Shown here: one piece after another, positions 51,007 through 64,000 of the stretch
Layout: every line of letters starts with the position of its first letter
Position numbering within the stretch: position 1 is the first letter of the stretch
NCBI GenBank assembly: GCA_951406725.2
Contig: OX597833.1
Coordinates: 34,472,001 to 34,536,000, forward strand
Direction: 5' to 3'
DNA: 64,000 bases
Origin: Octopus vulgaris
Taxonomy: Eukaryota
Position numbers and translations under genes: made by a program
Notes under the pieces: model-generated
Told to the model about the DNA's origin: nothing
Databases searched by the model: none
What the model saw: only the letters and a program-made list of their open reading frames with translations

Positions 51007-54000
51007 TAATATATATATAATATACACACACACATATGCATATATATAAGTATACATACACACACATAGACAGATGTACATATACACACACGCACACATA
51101 CATACATATATATCTATAGAGATATATACATATGTACATACATACACATATTTGGTTTACATCCATTTTTCCAATCTAGTATAGGTGACATGAATATATT
51201 AAGGTATTGTATTGTTTTACAACCAGATACCTTCCAGTCATTAACTCTTACCCATTTTTCAAATGAGGGATCTGTAGCTTGTACCTTTCATAGAGTGCAA
51301 ATGTAAACACACACATACACACATACATACAAGCAGCAGGCTTCTTTCATTTTCTGTTGACCAGTCTCACTCACATGCTCTAGGGCCGTAGCAGAATGTG
51401 CAGTGCAGTAGAATTTTACCTGAAACCACATGGTTAGTAAGCAAACCTCTCAGACATACACCCATGCCTGCACCTGTGTGCAGTTGTATATCTTTGTCAT
51501 GCATTAATTGTAAAAAAATACTTCAACATCATGTAAGCAGTGGTGTTTTGTTTGCAGTCTTCTGTGAAAACCAGTCTGGACTAGGTAAATTACTACCTTG
51601 CTTAGAAACAGATAAGGAATGGCAAAGGAAGGGCATTCAACCATAGAAAATCTGTCTCGATGATTATTATCTGAGCCATCCAGATGTTAAAATAATGATG
51701 ATTTCTATCCTGGCATATATTGGATAAGTCATTATGATCCAAGTCCTTCCTTACTGTGATCAGCTGTTCTTATAGATAGGTGCAGATACATATCATTTCA
51801 GGTAGGTTTCTATAGCAGTATACTATAAGCACTGGGTGCATTTTACTGTGGTATCAGCACTAGCAACACAGGACTAAAGGGATCTTATAATTGTTTCATA
51901 TAGATCAATAAACTAAGACCCAATAAATGTTTTTTTTTACGATGCAATTCCAATTTCATTTTAAATGGAAATTTTCTGACATCATGTTACAGTCACTGTA
52001 TCAATGGACATACATGCACACTGTTGTATTCACTTTTGAAGACTGTAATAGTGGTTTCTAAAATATACAAGACCAAAGGTTCTTGTAAAAGTTGGAGCAA
52101 ACCAACCCAACACTTGATGGGTGATAAGCAAAATTGGTACTTGCAGGATTTCAATTAGGTGCAGGCATGGCTGTGTGTAGGAAGCTTGCTTCCCAACCAC
52201 ATAGTTCTGGGTTCAGCCCCACAATCTTCTACTATAACCTTGGGCTGATCAAATCCTTGTAAGTGGATTTGGTAGACAGAAATAGGTAAAAGCCCAGTTA
52301 GTCAGTCTGCTTACCTGCTTGTCTGTATATATATATATGCACACACACACACATATATATATGTGTCTGTTGGTTTCTATAAGAGTGACCGATAGAAAAA
52401 TACATACTGGGGTTGATCTGTTCAACTAAAAACTCTTCAAAGTGGTGCTCCAGCATGCCCACAGTCTAATGACTGAAACAAGTAATAACAAGATAAAGGA
52501 AATTAACACTATGCCACAAGAAATTTAATATAGTGCTTTACCAATTCTGCCAATCCACCAGCCTTATTTGTGTAATACTATAAGCACAAGACTTGAAAAT
52601 TTGGAGAAGAGGGCTAGTTGATTACATTGACTCCTGCCCCAGAACTCAACTGATACTTAAAAAGGATGAAAGGCAAAGTTGGCCTTGGCAGAACACAAAG
52701 ACAGAGGAAATGCTGCAAAGAATTTTGCCTGGTGTGCTAATGATTCTGCTAACTCACCACCTTGAATATGATAATTCTTTTGAATTTTGGCATAAAGCCA
52801 ACAATTTTGATTGGAAGGAAAGTTGATTTACATCAACTTCAGTACTTGACTGGTACTTATTTTATTGACCCTGAAAGAGTGAAAAGCAGAGTTGACCTCA
52901 GCAAGATTTGAATTTAGAATATGAAGAACTAGACCAAATGCCACTGAGCATTTTTTACAAAATGTTAATGATTAATAATAATAATTCTAATTTTACGTGC
53001 TGATGCCATGTAAAATGCACTTGTGCTGGCACCAGGTGAAATGCATTTGTGTGTAAACATGTGTACCAGTGGCACATAAAAAACACTCAGTACACTGTGT
53101 AAAATGGTTGGCATTAGGAAAGGCATCCAACCATAGAAATCATGCTAAAACAGACAACTGGAGTCGGGACAGTTCCCCGGTTGGCCAATTCCTGTCAAAC
53201 CGTCCAACCCATGCCAACATGGAAAACAGATGTTAAGCAATGATGATGATGATGATGAAATCTTTCTAATTTTAGTACAAGGCCAGCAATTTTTTGATGA
53301 AGATGAACCCCAAAAGAATGAAAGGCAAACTTGACCATAGCAGAATTTGAACTCAGAAAGCAAAGAGCTAAAAGAAATGCTGCTAAGCATTTTGATTGAT
53401 ATGCTAACATTTCTGCCAGCTAGGCTAGCAATTTTAAGGGGAGAGAGTAAGTTGGTACAATCAATCCCAGTGCTTGACTGGTACTTTACTTTCAAACATG
53501 ATAGAAGGATAAAACTGATCTCAGAAAATAAAAGGCCAGAAGACAACCACAAAGCATTTCATCCAGTGCACTACTGGTTCTGCCAGCCATTATTAGGTAT
53601 CAGCCTTTCAAGGTCAGGCCAGGAAAATCCTGCTACTGGAACTACATAATAATACTACCTGTTTCATGGTCAAGTGGCTGGCAATTAAACTGGCTCCCTC
53701 CACTTGACTTGCAAGGTGAAGAGGGTGTTGTGGACACACAGCAGGACTAAAAAAAAAGACCCGTCAAAGGACAGACAAGCCCACCATGCCGACGTCCATC
53801 CACATGAGTGGTATCCCATAAAAACATCTTACATATGGGCTGGCCAACTGTGCAGTTGGTCCAAAACTGGAGTCAACATCCATGAATGAGGTGGTGTAGA
53901 TTAAAAAAAAAGTGCATCTATGACCTAGTAAATGACACTATATCAATGGATTGAAAGGAACAATGGATTTATTTGTTCCTTAATTTCGAAACTCTGAAAT

Positions 54001-55303
54001 ATATACACCAACCACAGAACTTCCATCTGATCTGTCATCAGTATTTTCTTTTCATAGTTATATATATGCGCATGTGTGTGTGTACATATTTATCATCATC
54101 ATCATCGTTTTACTGGTGTAGGTTGAACAATTTGCCATTGTCAGACTTAGGGGTACAGGTCATTTAGACAGGTTAAAGGACTGCATCTTATGTATTTCAT
54201 TTTTGATTTGGTTTCTGTGGGAAGTTGCCCTTATTAACACCAACCACTTTACAGAATGTAATGGGTGTATCTTTTATGACACCAGTATTATAGAGAAGAA
54301 GAAATGTCCTCAACTACAGGGACCTCAAACCCTCATGTCCCTGCTTGCTTGCCAACTTCTTTACAGAGTGAGAAACACAAGTAATTGGGGTATGAAAGAT
54401 AAAGGTATGAATGATGGTGATAAATGAAAAGAGGGACGTGAGATAAGGGGATAAGTGATAGGGGTAGTCAGTTTTGTGAGATACTCAATGCAACATGACC
54501 AAGGGCATGGAAGTGATGACAACACAGAAATCCAAAAGATAGTGTAACATGGACCCAGGATGTGTGGATGTAAAGGACAAAGAGTATGATAGCAGACAGA
54601 ATGAAAGGGAGTGACAGCAAACAGTGCAGAAGGAAAAGGAGAAGATAAAATATCTTAGGCACAATTGGTCTAATGCCTCTCCTATACATTGACTTTCAGA
54701 TGGGCCACAGTGGTCAATTGATAAGGGTGGTGGCAGGCTAATAGAAAATAGAGGAGTGGCAGAGGAAAGGGTGACAGAAAAAGTGAGTGATAGGGAAATG
54801 AGAGAGTTTCAAAGTGTTGGGGGAGACAACAAGAGTAGACTTGGTGGTATATACACATACACTATAAAAGCATATGTATCACATATATATATATAAATAC
54901 ATCCACACTCTCCCAAACATATGCCAGCATGTACATGTGTATTACATTACCTTAGTCTAAATCACTACCTCTATTTTTGTAACTTTCAATCTACTATACT
55001 TGCACAGATGGCCTCTTGTCATAACCTTTGTAAGATGCAACAACTTGAGATCAGCCTTCACCATTTCATCACAAGACTTTCTTGGTCTTATTTCACAGGT
55101 TCCATTCACTTGGAGTGCTTTTTCATTCTGGTACCATTCTCAATATACATCTTATGTCCATGTCACTTTCACACTACATCTAATTTTTTTTATCATCAGC
55201 AGTTTTTCTCACAGCTCTAATGCACAATGCACACAAACATTACACATCCAACATTTGAGAATACATATTTTCCATGAGCGCTTAGTGCTTACTGTGTGTA
55301 TGC

Positions 55304-55339
<36 letters not shown>

Positions 55340-55649
55340 TCCTTGACATTGTTGTATGTTTGCATGGGTCCAACAGAATTCATTGAGGAAGATTTTTTCT
55401 ATGGCCAGATACCCTGCTGTCACCAAAAGTCACCTGTTTCCAAGTAAGGTAATATTTCTCCATGAACAGACATGCTTTTCACAGATTAGAAATGAACAAT
55501 ATTTGTTTAAAACTGTAATGTATATTAAAACAAGGGGACATACATATCTAAGTCCTGTCACATATTCACATGATCATTTTGAGGATACTTTTTCAATACT
55601 TGTTATAAAATAAATATAATTTTTACATTCTAATGTTATTTTTCTTTCT

Positions 55650-56706
55650 TTGCAGATTTCTTGATACCGTAGCAATTAAAATTCACCTTTTTAAAATGAT
55701 TTTAGGTCAGACCTATATCAGACACGATGCTATATGAATTCATAAGGGGCTCTCTAACTGTGGTAATGGTAAGAAATAGTTGTTCTATCTATGAAAATGA
55801 AGCTTTTAAGTGTCCAAGCATGCCATTAATGGGTTGACTAGTTTTACTTGGGAAATATTTCTCTTGCAGATTCTTCTTGATCTGGACAACCAAGTTCTAT
55901 CAATATTGAGCTTCTGAAAACCAAAGTTGAGGAAAATCCAAAACACACTTTGATCATAAAACACCTTCATGAATTGGGAAAAACGTTTAAACTTTGTCAG
56001 TCCCTCGTCATCTGACTGCTTCTCAGCTTAATCGAAGGACAACTCTCTGCTCATTATTGAGTAGATTTGCTACCAAACCTGTCCTGGGTAGAAACATTAC
56101 AAATGATGAAAAGTGGGTTCTTTATAATCATTTTCAATGAAAACGACAATGGTTAGCATCCAGTGAAAAAGGAGATTAGATTCTCAAACCAGGACTACAC
56201 AAGAAAAAAAATTATACTGTGTTTGTTGGTATATGAAGGGTGCAATTTATTGTAAAGTGTTAAACCAAAATCAATCAGTTAATGCAAAGTATTGTCAGCA
56301 CACAAAAATTTGGTTAGTCATAAAAGAGCGTTGCTCTTACATGATAATACAAGACTACATACAGCCTAAGTCATTCAGAAAAACATTATGACAGTAAGTA
56401 TAGAAGTTTTGTTTCACCTTCCTTTACTCTCCTGAACTTGCTCCATCTGAGAATCATATTTTCAGATCATTGCAACATTATTTTGAGGGAAAACAGTTTA
56501 TTAATTGTGAAGAGATTAAAAAGGGTACTGAGTGTTTCTTTGCTTCAAAACCTGAAGAATTTTATACCCAAGAGATTTGCCAAATAGATGAGATTATCTT
56601 ATCAATAATGAGGGCAAATATTATCTCCATTAAAAATATCAGTTAAGATCAAAGAAGCATTTATTTCTTTCCCATCTTGAAATAGGGAAGAATTTTTTTC
56701 CAACCT
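55650..56706 (+). mobile_element. Decayed mariner (DD34D-type) element
   Basis: Broken frames ITNDEKWVLYN, LLHDNTRLH and PYSPELAPSE. Right end CAACCT followed by TATA; left end not identified. Confidence 0.8.
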
Positions 56707-56835
56707 TATATATACTTATTCTATCAGTCTCTCTTGACAAACTGCTAGGTTATGGGGATCTAAACACACCAACACCAGTTGTCAAGCAGTCGTGGCAGAC
56801 AAACACAGACACAAAGACAAATACTCACACACACA

Positions 56836-56889
<54 letters not shown>

Positions 56890-57339
56890 ACGGGCTTCTT
56901 TCAGTTTCCGTCTTACAAATCCACTCACAAGGCTTTGGTTGGCCTATGGCTATAGTAGAAGACACTTGCCCAAGGTACCATGCAGTGGGTCTGAACCAGG
57001 AACCATGATTGGGAAGCAAACTTCTTACCACACAACCATGCCTGTATATTGCAGGCTTCTTTCAGTTTCTGTCAACCAAATACACTCACAAGGCTCCAGT
57101 TGGTCCTGAGCTATAGAAGACACTTGTTCAGCATGACTGAATCAAAACCTCATGATTAAGAAGTAAGTTTCACCACACACCCATACTTGTGCGCATCATA
57201 AAGAAGTAGTCTAGGGTTCAGTTCCTATGCAAAGTACCTTGCTATATATAGCTATGTACACATGCATAAATACATACACTGCACACACACAGTTGCATAT
57301 ATACTTATATACATACATCAAAACATACGCGCATGTACC

Positions 57340-58900
57340 TGTATATATACGCACGCGCGCACGTACACATTACAGTACATTACAACTACGCTTGAGGATA
57401 CAAAGAAACTTGTCCAAGGTTTGCATTCTAGTTAAGTATAGTTTTGGCATGTTTCGTTGACAGCGGTGGTTGAATATTTGGCGAATTGATTAATGATTTA
57501 CAAGAAGGAATAAGTTGCGAGGCAATATCTAAATGTATGCATAATAGATAAGCAACAAGCGCTTCCAAAGAAAATTGTTCCTACAGTAACAAGTAGCCAT
57601 TAATGGAGCAATTCCATTCTATTTCTGTTGTCTAGAACTGAGCATTATACACACATCTAATAACAAATACATTTATAAACTTCATACAATAACCAGAAAT
57701 CAGGGATCTAATCGTACTGAGGAGAGGGATTCATTTTGTACACTCTTGTAATTTTAGCTTGTAGTACTAGTGATACGCTGGTTTATGTAATTAGTCTGAC
57801 AGATGAAGAATGATAATCGGTCCAACCAATTGATTTACAGCGCAATTTAAATGAATTATTTACGATGACAGCTGATTTTCTATGTGTGCGTGCGTTAATA
57901 CAACTGAACAAATTTGGTCTGATTCTATTATCTCAATGGAGACGGACAAATTCTATCCAATGAATTAAACGCACATGTAGAAGCGTTACCACCGACAGAT
58001 GTTTTGACAGTCCTCATAGATACTGGCATAAATGCTGCTTCTTTTATCCATATATATATAATGCTTGCATTTATGCATATAATATATACGAGGGATTTTC
58101 CTTTCTTTTCTAAGTAAGCATTATCTATAGTTCATTTAAAAGAACAGAGCAGCAGAAATGGCATGCCTAGTGGTGTTTTCATTTATAGGGTATATTTTTA
58201 TAATATCCACATAATCTATCTGAACGTTCGAGTTAAACAAAATCTTGGAATGTCGTATATAAATACACAAAGATGTCAAACATTCATTGTCTTCCCACGC
58301 AGTTTCTACCATTGCAACTAACAAGCAAAGTTGACAAAAATAAATAAAACAAATAAAAATAATTACAAATACCAAGAAACAAGTAAAAAAATCTCATTGT
58401 TTTATCTTGTAACAACCATCGTCGTACAATGCGGTACGCTATAAACTCATAAAAGGCAAACAAAACAAACGATGAGGTAGATCAATGAAATTTCTCACCT
58501 ACGACAGCTTGTTGTCATGTTAGAAGGTAGATAAGATAAGAAATTGTGCTGAAAAGATCACAGAACTCCGGCAAGTCAAAAATATAAGAGATCAGAGGCA
58601 AATTACGGATTTTACTGTCGCTGCTGGTGTTTGTACTGGAGAGTAATGAGAAGGGGAGGTCACTCGCCTATTTCATTTTTTTTTTTTTTTTAGTGTTGTA
58701 TGCACTTTGTACAGTTTAGAACACTTTATTGTGTGCTTATGTGTAAGTGACAGGGGGGAATAGTTTTATCTATAAATCTACCCATGCCAAACAACAACCC
58801 CCTCCTCTCATAAACGTATACCTGTTGCCTCATTTTAGACAGACAACCCACGCGTTGGAAATTGTAAAGCATGACTACTAATTCCAGGATACAGTCTATA
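57340..58900 (-). promoter_or_regulatory. CpG-retaining, repeat-poor region around the probable KCTD first exon
   Basis: Visibly more CpG dinucleotides than the CpG-depleted flanks, as also seen around MIF exon 1. Confidence 0.45.
58499..58518 (-). CDS. Probable first coding exon of the KCTD gene (MTTSCR-R)
   Basis: AAC-ATG ACA ACA AGC TGT CGT AG|GTGAGA. The phase-2 donor matches the phase required at 38342 and lies in the CpG-rich region. Gives 20+189+661 = 870 nt (289 aa). Confidence 0.6.
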
Positions 58901-59436
58901 ATTTCACTCTTGCGGGAACTCAGATAAATTTTTTTAAATCAAGGCGGAATTCTGGTTTAAACACACCATATAACCCCTGATAACTTTTTCATTTTTAAAA
59001 ATTTTCAGAAACCTTTTTGCAAATTTGTGTTCTACACACAATTAAGTGAAAAAATTAATTTTAACACCTCTACTCTTTAAATCTTTTGCGAATTTTTAAA
59101 AATCAGAGTTGAAAATATGGACAGTCCAAGTTTTTGCTTAAACCTCAGCAATGGACCACCATTGCACGCATCACCATTCCATTAAATGTGTTTATGGGGA
59201 GAAAAACATCAATACATGTTGGAATGGACAAAATAATGTAAAAGATATCAGGTGGTCATGAGTGTACTAAACCTCTACTTTTTTCAAAGCCAAAAGACAG
59301 CTTCTTGGCATTTTATAGGGACAGATGAGTATCTTCCTAATACCAACCACACCGCAGAGCATACTGGGTGCTTTTAACGTGGCACCAGTACCAGTGCTTT
59401 TAACATAGTACCAGCACAGCCTTATATACATATATA

Positions 59437-60686
59437 CCAGGTTGAGTAAAAAGTAAGCAACGTTTTGAACCATGAAGAATTTGTACCATATTTTTGCAGT
59501 TTTGAATTTTTTTCAACATATTTTTGCAATTGTCTGATAATACAGAGATAGACTTGCTGAAATGCATCAATAAATTAACATTGATATTTTTTTCACTGAT
59601 GTTACAATCATCTGAAATGGAAACTATCAAAGTGTGATATTCAAGCAATTTTGCTATTCAACTGCAAAAAAGGACATAAAGCAGCTGAAACTGCTCATGA
59701 TATCAATGAAACATTTGGTGAGGAAATGACCAGTGAGTGGTCAGCTTGAAAATGGTTTAAACAATTTCACAGTGGAGACCTGAGCCTTGAAAATCATGAG
59801 CATAGTTGACGCCAATCTGTCATTGATGATGGTCAATTAAAGACCATCATTGAGAAAGATCCACGTGAAACCACTCAAGAACTGGCAAAAGAACTTCAAG
59901 TTAGCAACCATTTGCATAGGATCAGAAAATCAAAAAAGCTCAACAAATGAGTACCACATGATTTGAATGAAAATTAGAAAATGCTCAGATATGAAACTTG
60001 CTCGTTGTTTCTTCTCCATAACCAGACGGATTCATTTCTCAACTGTATTGTAACTTGCAATGTAAAGTGGACTCTGTACAATAATAAAAAATGTTCTTCG
60101 CAGTGGTTGGACCAAAATGAAGCACCAAAAACCTTCCCAAGACCAGAGCTCTTCAAAAAGAAGGTTATGGTGACTGTTTGGTGATGTACTGCTGGACTCA
60201 TCCAGTATAACTTCTTAAAACCTGGAAACATTACTGCAGAAACATATTGCCACGAAATTGCCAAAATGAATGAAAAATTGCTACTTGTCTGTCCCAGACT
60301 GGTCAACAGAAGAGGGCCAATCATTCTTCAACCACACATTTCACTAATGATGCTCCAGAAGTTGAGGGAACTTGGCTACAAAGTTCTTCCCCACCCAGAT
60401 TATTCCCCAGACCTTTCTCCTACCGATTACCACTTATACAAGCACCTTGATGGTTTCCTGCAAGAGAAGTTCAAAAATCAAACTGATGCTGAAAGTGCAT
60501 ACAAAGAGTTCATCAGCTCCAGAACTCCAGATTTTTATACTACCAGAATAAACAAACCTGCAACTTGTTGGCAAAAATGTGTTGATTGTAATGGTATTTA
60601 TTTGATGAATAAAATGTCCTCATTGTTGAAATATATTGTGATGAATTTCATGTTTCAAAACGTTGCTTACTTTTTATTCAACCTGA
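59437..60686 (+). mobile_element. Full-length non-functional mariner element
   Basis: TIRs of about 40 bp, CAGGTTGA(G/A)TAAAAAGTAAGCAACGTTTTGAA, with TA on the left and CA on the right. Transposase remnants IVTCNVKW, KKVMVTVW and HPDYSPDLSPTDY. Confidence 0.93.
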
Positions 60687-60711
60687 CATACATACATGCA
60701 TACATACATAT

Positions 60712-61108
60712 AGGTGCAGGAGTGGCTGTGTGGTAAGAGGCTTGCTTCCCAACCACATGGTTTCAGGTTCAGTTCCACAGCGTGGCACCTTGGGCAAGTG
60801 TCTTCTACTATAACCTTGGGCCAACCAAACCTTGTGAGTGGATTTGGTAGATGGAACTTGAATAAAGCCCATCGTATATATATGCGTGTGTGTCTTTGTG
60901 TCTGTGGTTGTCCCCCCACCATCATTTTTTTTTGACTACCGGTGTTGTTGTATTTATGTTCCCGTAACTTGGCATGTTGGCAAAAGAGGCCGATAGAATT
61001 AGAACTAGCCTTACAAAGAATAAGTTCTGGGGTTGATTTGTTTGACTGAAGATGGTGCTCCAGCATGACTGTAGTCAACTGACTGAAACAAGTAAAAGAA
61101 TAAAAGAA
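60712..61108 (+). mobile_element. SINE family 1 copy
   Basis: Same head, core and tail as 17590-18004. Confidence 0.88.
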
Positions 61109-62519
61109 TCCGTATTCAATTAACAGAGGAAAAGAAAATTGAGAGTTGAAAGTTAATAACTTTATTTCCCAAAATTATTAGGTATAGAACCAGTGTTTTC
61201 TTGGATGTAATCATCCCTTTAAAAGGTTAATATATCATCTAATTAACTTATCTATCTTATATATTAATAGGCAAGTTGTCTGTGTGTGTTTTGTGTGAAC
61301 CACTCCTACTCCTACAATTTTCAACCGAATTTCACCAAATTTGACATGTGTGCTCTCTTTGACTTAGGATGCTTCCCCTACCTCAAACCACTTATATTTG
61401 CCATTGTCTTCCCCTGTCTACTGTCTCCTCCAATCACCTCCTTTCTGTACCTTCTATCCCCTGTGCTGTTCTCCATTAGCACCTTGCTTACCTGCTATCA
61501 CTTTCAATGCCCTCACATTTCTACTGCAACTCCTGCCCCTGAACCTCTCCTATATTTCTCTCCATCATTTGCTACAATCACTTCACTTTTTCTCACCACT
61601 CTAATGTCATGAAACATCCCCACCATCATCTCTCTCATTATTGCTCTCTTTATATAAGTCTCTAACTCAAACTCCTTTCTTTTCCAACTGGTGTACCTAT
61701 GTATCTACTTTACAGCAAGACACCTTTCTCCCTCTACACCTTTAATCTTCTCAGCTGCACAATATTGCAACCACTCAATACTCTTTCCACTCCCAGTTGA
61801 GGGGTTTTGTTATGCAAGGTACTTGGTGACCCTGTCAGTGACAGTACCTCATAAAATGCACTGGTGCTGGTGCCATTAAAAAGCACCCAATACACTCTGT
61901 AAAGTGGTTGGTGTTAGGAAGGGCATCCAGCTGTAGAAACCATGCCAAAACAGAATATGGAACCTGGTGTGGCTCTTGGCCTTGTCAAACCATTCAACCC
62001 ATACCAGTATGGAAAACAGACATTAAACAATGATGATGCTGACGATGATGATGTGTAAATATATATGCACAATGGGCTTCTTTCAACTTCCATCTACCAA
62101 ATCCACTCACATGGCTTAGGTCAGTCTGGGGTTATAACAAAAGACACTCAGCTAAGATGCCACACAGTGAGACTGAACTTACTGAATCTGGAACCATGTG
62201 GTCGGAAAGTAAACTTCCTACCACCCAACCTTGTCCAACACAATAGCAAAGAAAATAGAATTATATAGATGCAAACTCTATTTCACCTTCTCATTAAAAT
62301 AAGGTAAGAGTGGGGACCAAAAATTTACTCAATATTTCAGTGGGGTGAGGTAGGGTGGGGGATAGTAAACAAGTGTGTTGATGCTTACCTTATTTCTGTT
62401 TTTTTTTTTTTTTCAGAGTTATAATCTCTGTATTTTTGTACATTTTGGGTTACATTAAATACAATATAGATGGTAAGAAGAGGGACAAGAATACCTGAAT
62501 GGAAGTAGCACCAGACCAG

Positions 62520-63720
62520 CAAATTGTAAGAACTACGGGTCATCATTATAGAGATGATAGCATGCCTGAGGGTCAGAGGCTGGAGCATAACAGTGTATTT
62601 GTAACTTAATGCCTGTCAGCCAAGTAACTTTTCTCTAGATGTGGTCAAGGATATTTATGTGAGCAGCACATTTCCAGTTGAGGGAGCAATACTCAAATTT
62701 GTGTCACTTAAGCTTTGTAGAATTATCAGTATCCTAAAGTGAAGAGGTAAGTCTTTAAGATTTGGTCCAGGCTATATTAAGGATGTGGTTTTGCCAACAG
62801 AGGTCCTCTATGATCATCTGGAGAAATTGCGAAGGTTCTAGTTGGTGCTGGTCATGTTGGGTGGGTGGTGAGCCACATTGTGATGATATTTTCTTAAAGT
62901 CCTTGTGTTTTTACTGTTGAAAAAGACAATATTGGCATACCCCCTTTGGAGGATGCAGAAAAGATAACAATCATCTGCATAAAAGTGGGCATTGTTGATT
63001 GTGATAGCAAGTTGGTCATTGATGTTTAGGTGTATGATTCTTACATCACAGTTAATAGTGTAGGACAGAAAGAGCTCTATCAACATATGCTATGATAGCA
63101 CTATCTGATAGGAAGCTACCAATTTAAAAAATGAGGGATAGATGGAGCCTGAAGGCAGGCAGTTTTGATAAGAAATTCTCATACTAGACATGATAGAAAG
63201 CTTTGATTATGGTGAAATCAACAACATTGCTTTCATTAGATTTCTCTAAGGTGACATAGAAGAGTAGATAATCAATGGATCTGACTTATTGGATGAGGAA
63301 GGTGGTTATTAAAGAGAGAAAGGGATTAAAATGTTGGAAAACATCATTGGTAATGACTGTCACCATTATCTTTGAGATACTAGAATTGAATGCAAAAGAA
63401 CAGTAGTTTACAGGATCAGAGGGAGTACTTGTCTTGGGAACAGAATACACTTTGGCAGGTTTCCAAAGATCAGAATGTATCTCTGTAGATTGGGAGAGAT
63501 TGAAGAGCTTAGTATGTATAGAGGCTAGCTCTAAGGTGCAATATTTGAGGGGAATAGAAGTAACATTGTCAAGATTGCAGTCCTTGTTGGAATGAAGCAA
63601 ACGAGTTCTTTTGCACTTGGCATGTATGTATGCAAGGTGGTGAGATGGAGAAGGATGGATTTGGATGGAGTATAGAGTTGCATGCAAAACAAACAGTGAC
63701 AGCGAAGGCTTTCTTTGCTG
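62520..63720 (-). mobile_element. Decayed CR1/L2/Jockey-group LINE RT fragment
   Basis: LFNLS..WKPAKVYSVPK..SDPVNY..ISKIM (63286-63687) and FYADD (62838-63086). Confidence 0.8.
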
Positions 63721-64000
63721 GTGTACTGTTCAAAGTGTTGAGATAAACAGTTGGAGCTTATGTTGATATATCACCCAGAGGTTAGGAAGTGTATAACCTC
63801 AGGTAGAGTGTAAGGTGGTAGTCCATTGGTGTCCAATGATGACAAAATCTGTGTTCTTAGCAATGAGAGCACATGTGACTACAGTCCAAACTGGAAGCAC
63901 ACAGGCGCCCACAAGTGTCATAACAGTAGTCAGTTGTCTGGATTGAGGCAGATGCTACCCTGTGACATCTGTCTCTTGCAGCAGCGAGATGCTGTCACTA

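Noticed and set aside
59617-60610. Domesticated or active mariner transposase (SETMAR-like)
   Set aside because: Multiple stops and frameshifts, damaged catalytic motifs, and no SET exons nearby.

Overview
AT-rich, repeat-dense animal genomic DNA. The tRNA-type SINE families and microsatellite load resemble octopod cephalopod sequence, which is an inference and not a database match. Two spliced host genes are supported. (1) A complete 3-exon MIF-family gene on + (10010-10117, 13904-14076, 15896-15959; 114 aa) with the same intron positions as human MIF. (2) A KCTD6/11/21-like BTB-domain gene on - (probable exon 1 58499-58518, then 38154-38342 and 34703-35363; about 289 aa). The MIF locus lies in nested duplications. 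An older partial duplicate (about 4654-9001) keeps the promoter and a frameshifted exon 1 and has gained a 720-bp spacer-less palindrome. A younger near-identical duplication (1-4604 = 18364-22963) implies an 18.4-kb tandem unit, or an uncollapsed haplotype. The remainder is decayed mobile DNA: mariner/Tc1 copies, RTE-, CRE- and CR1-like LINEs, a Penelope-like remnant, SINE arrays, MITEs and a Gypsy LTR element. The Gypsy primer-binding position is complementary to its own LTR (candidate self-priming). Several fold-back insertions are present, one turning exactly at a hammerhead-like stem. Most ORFs in the supplied track are spurious. Repeat boundaries were read by eye and are approximate; no alignment or search was run.
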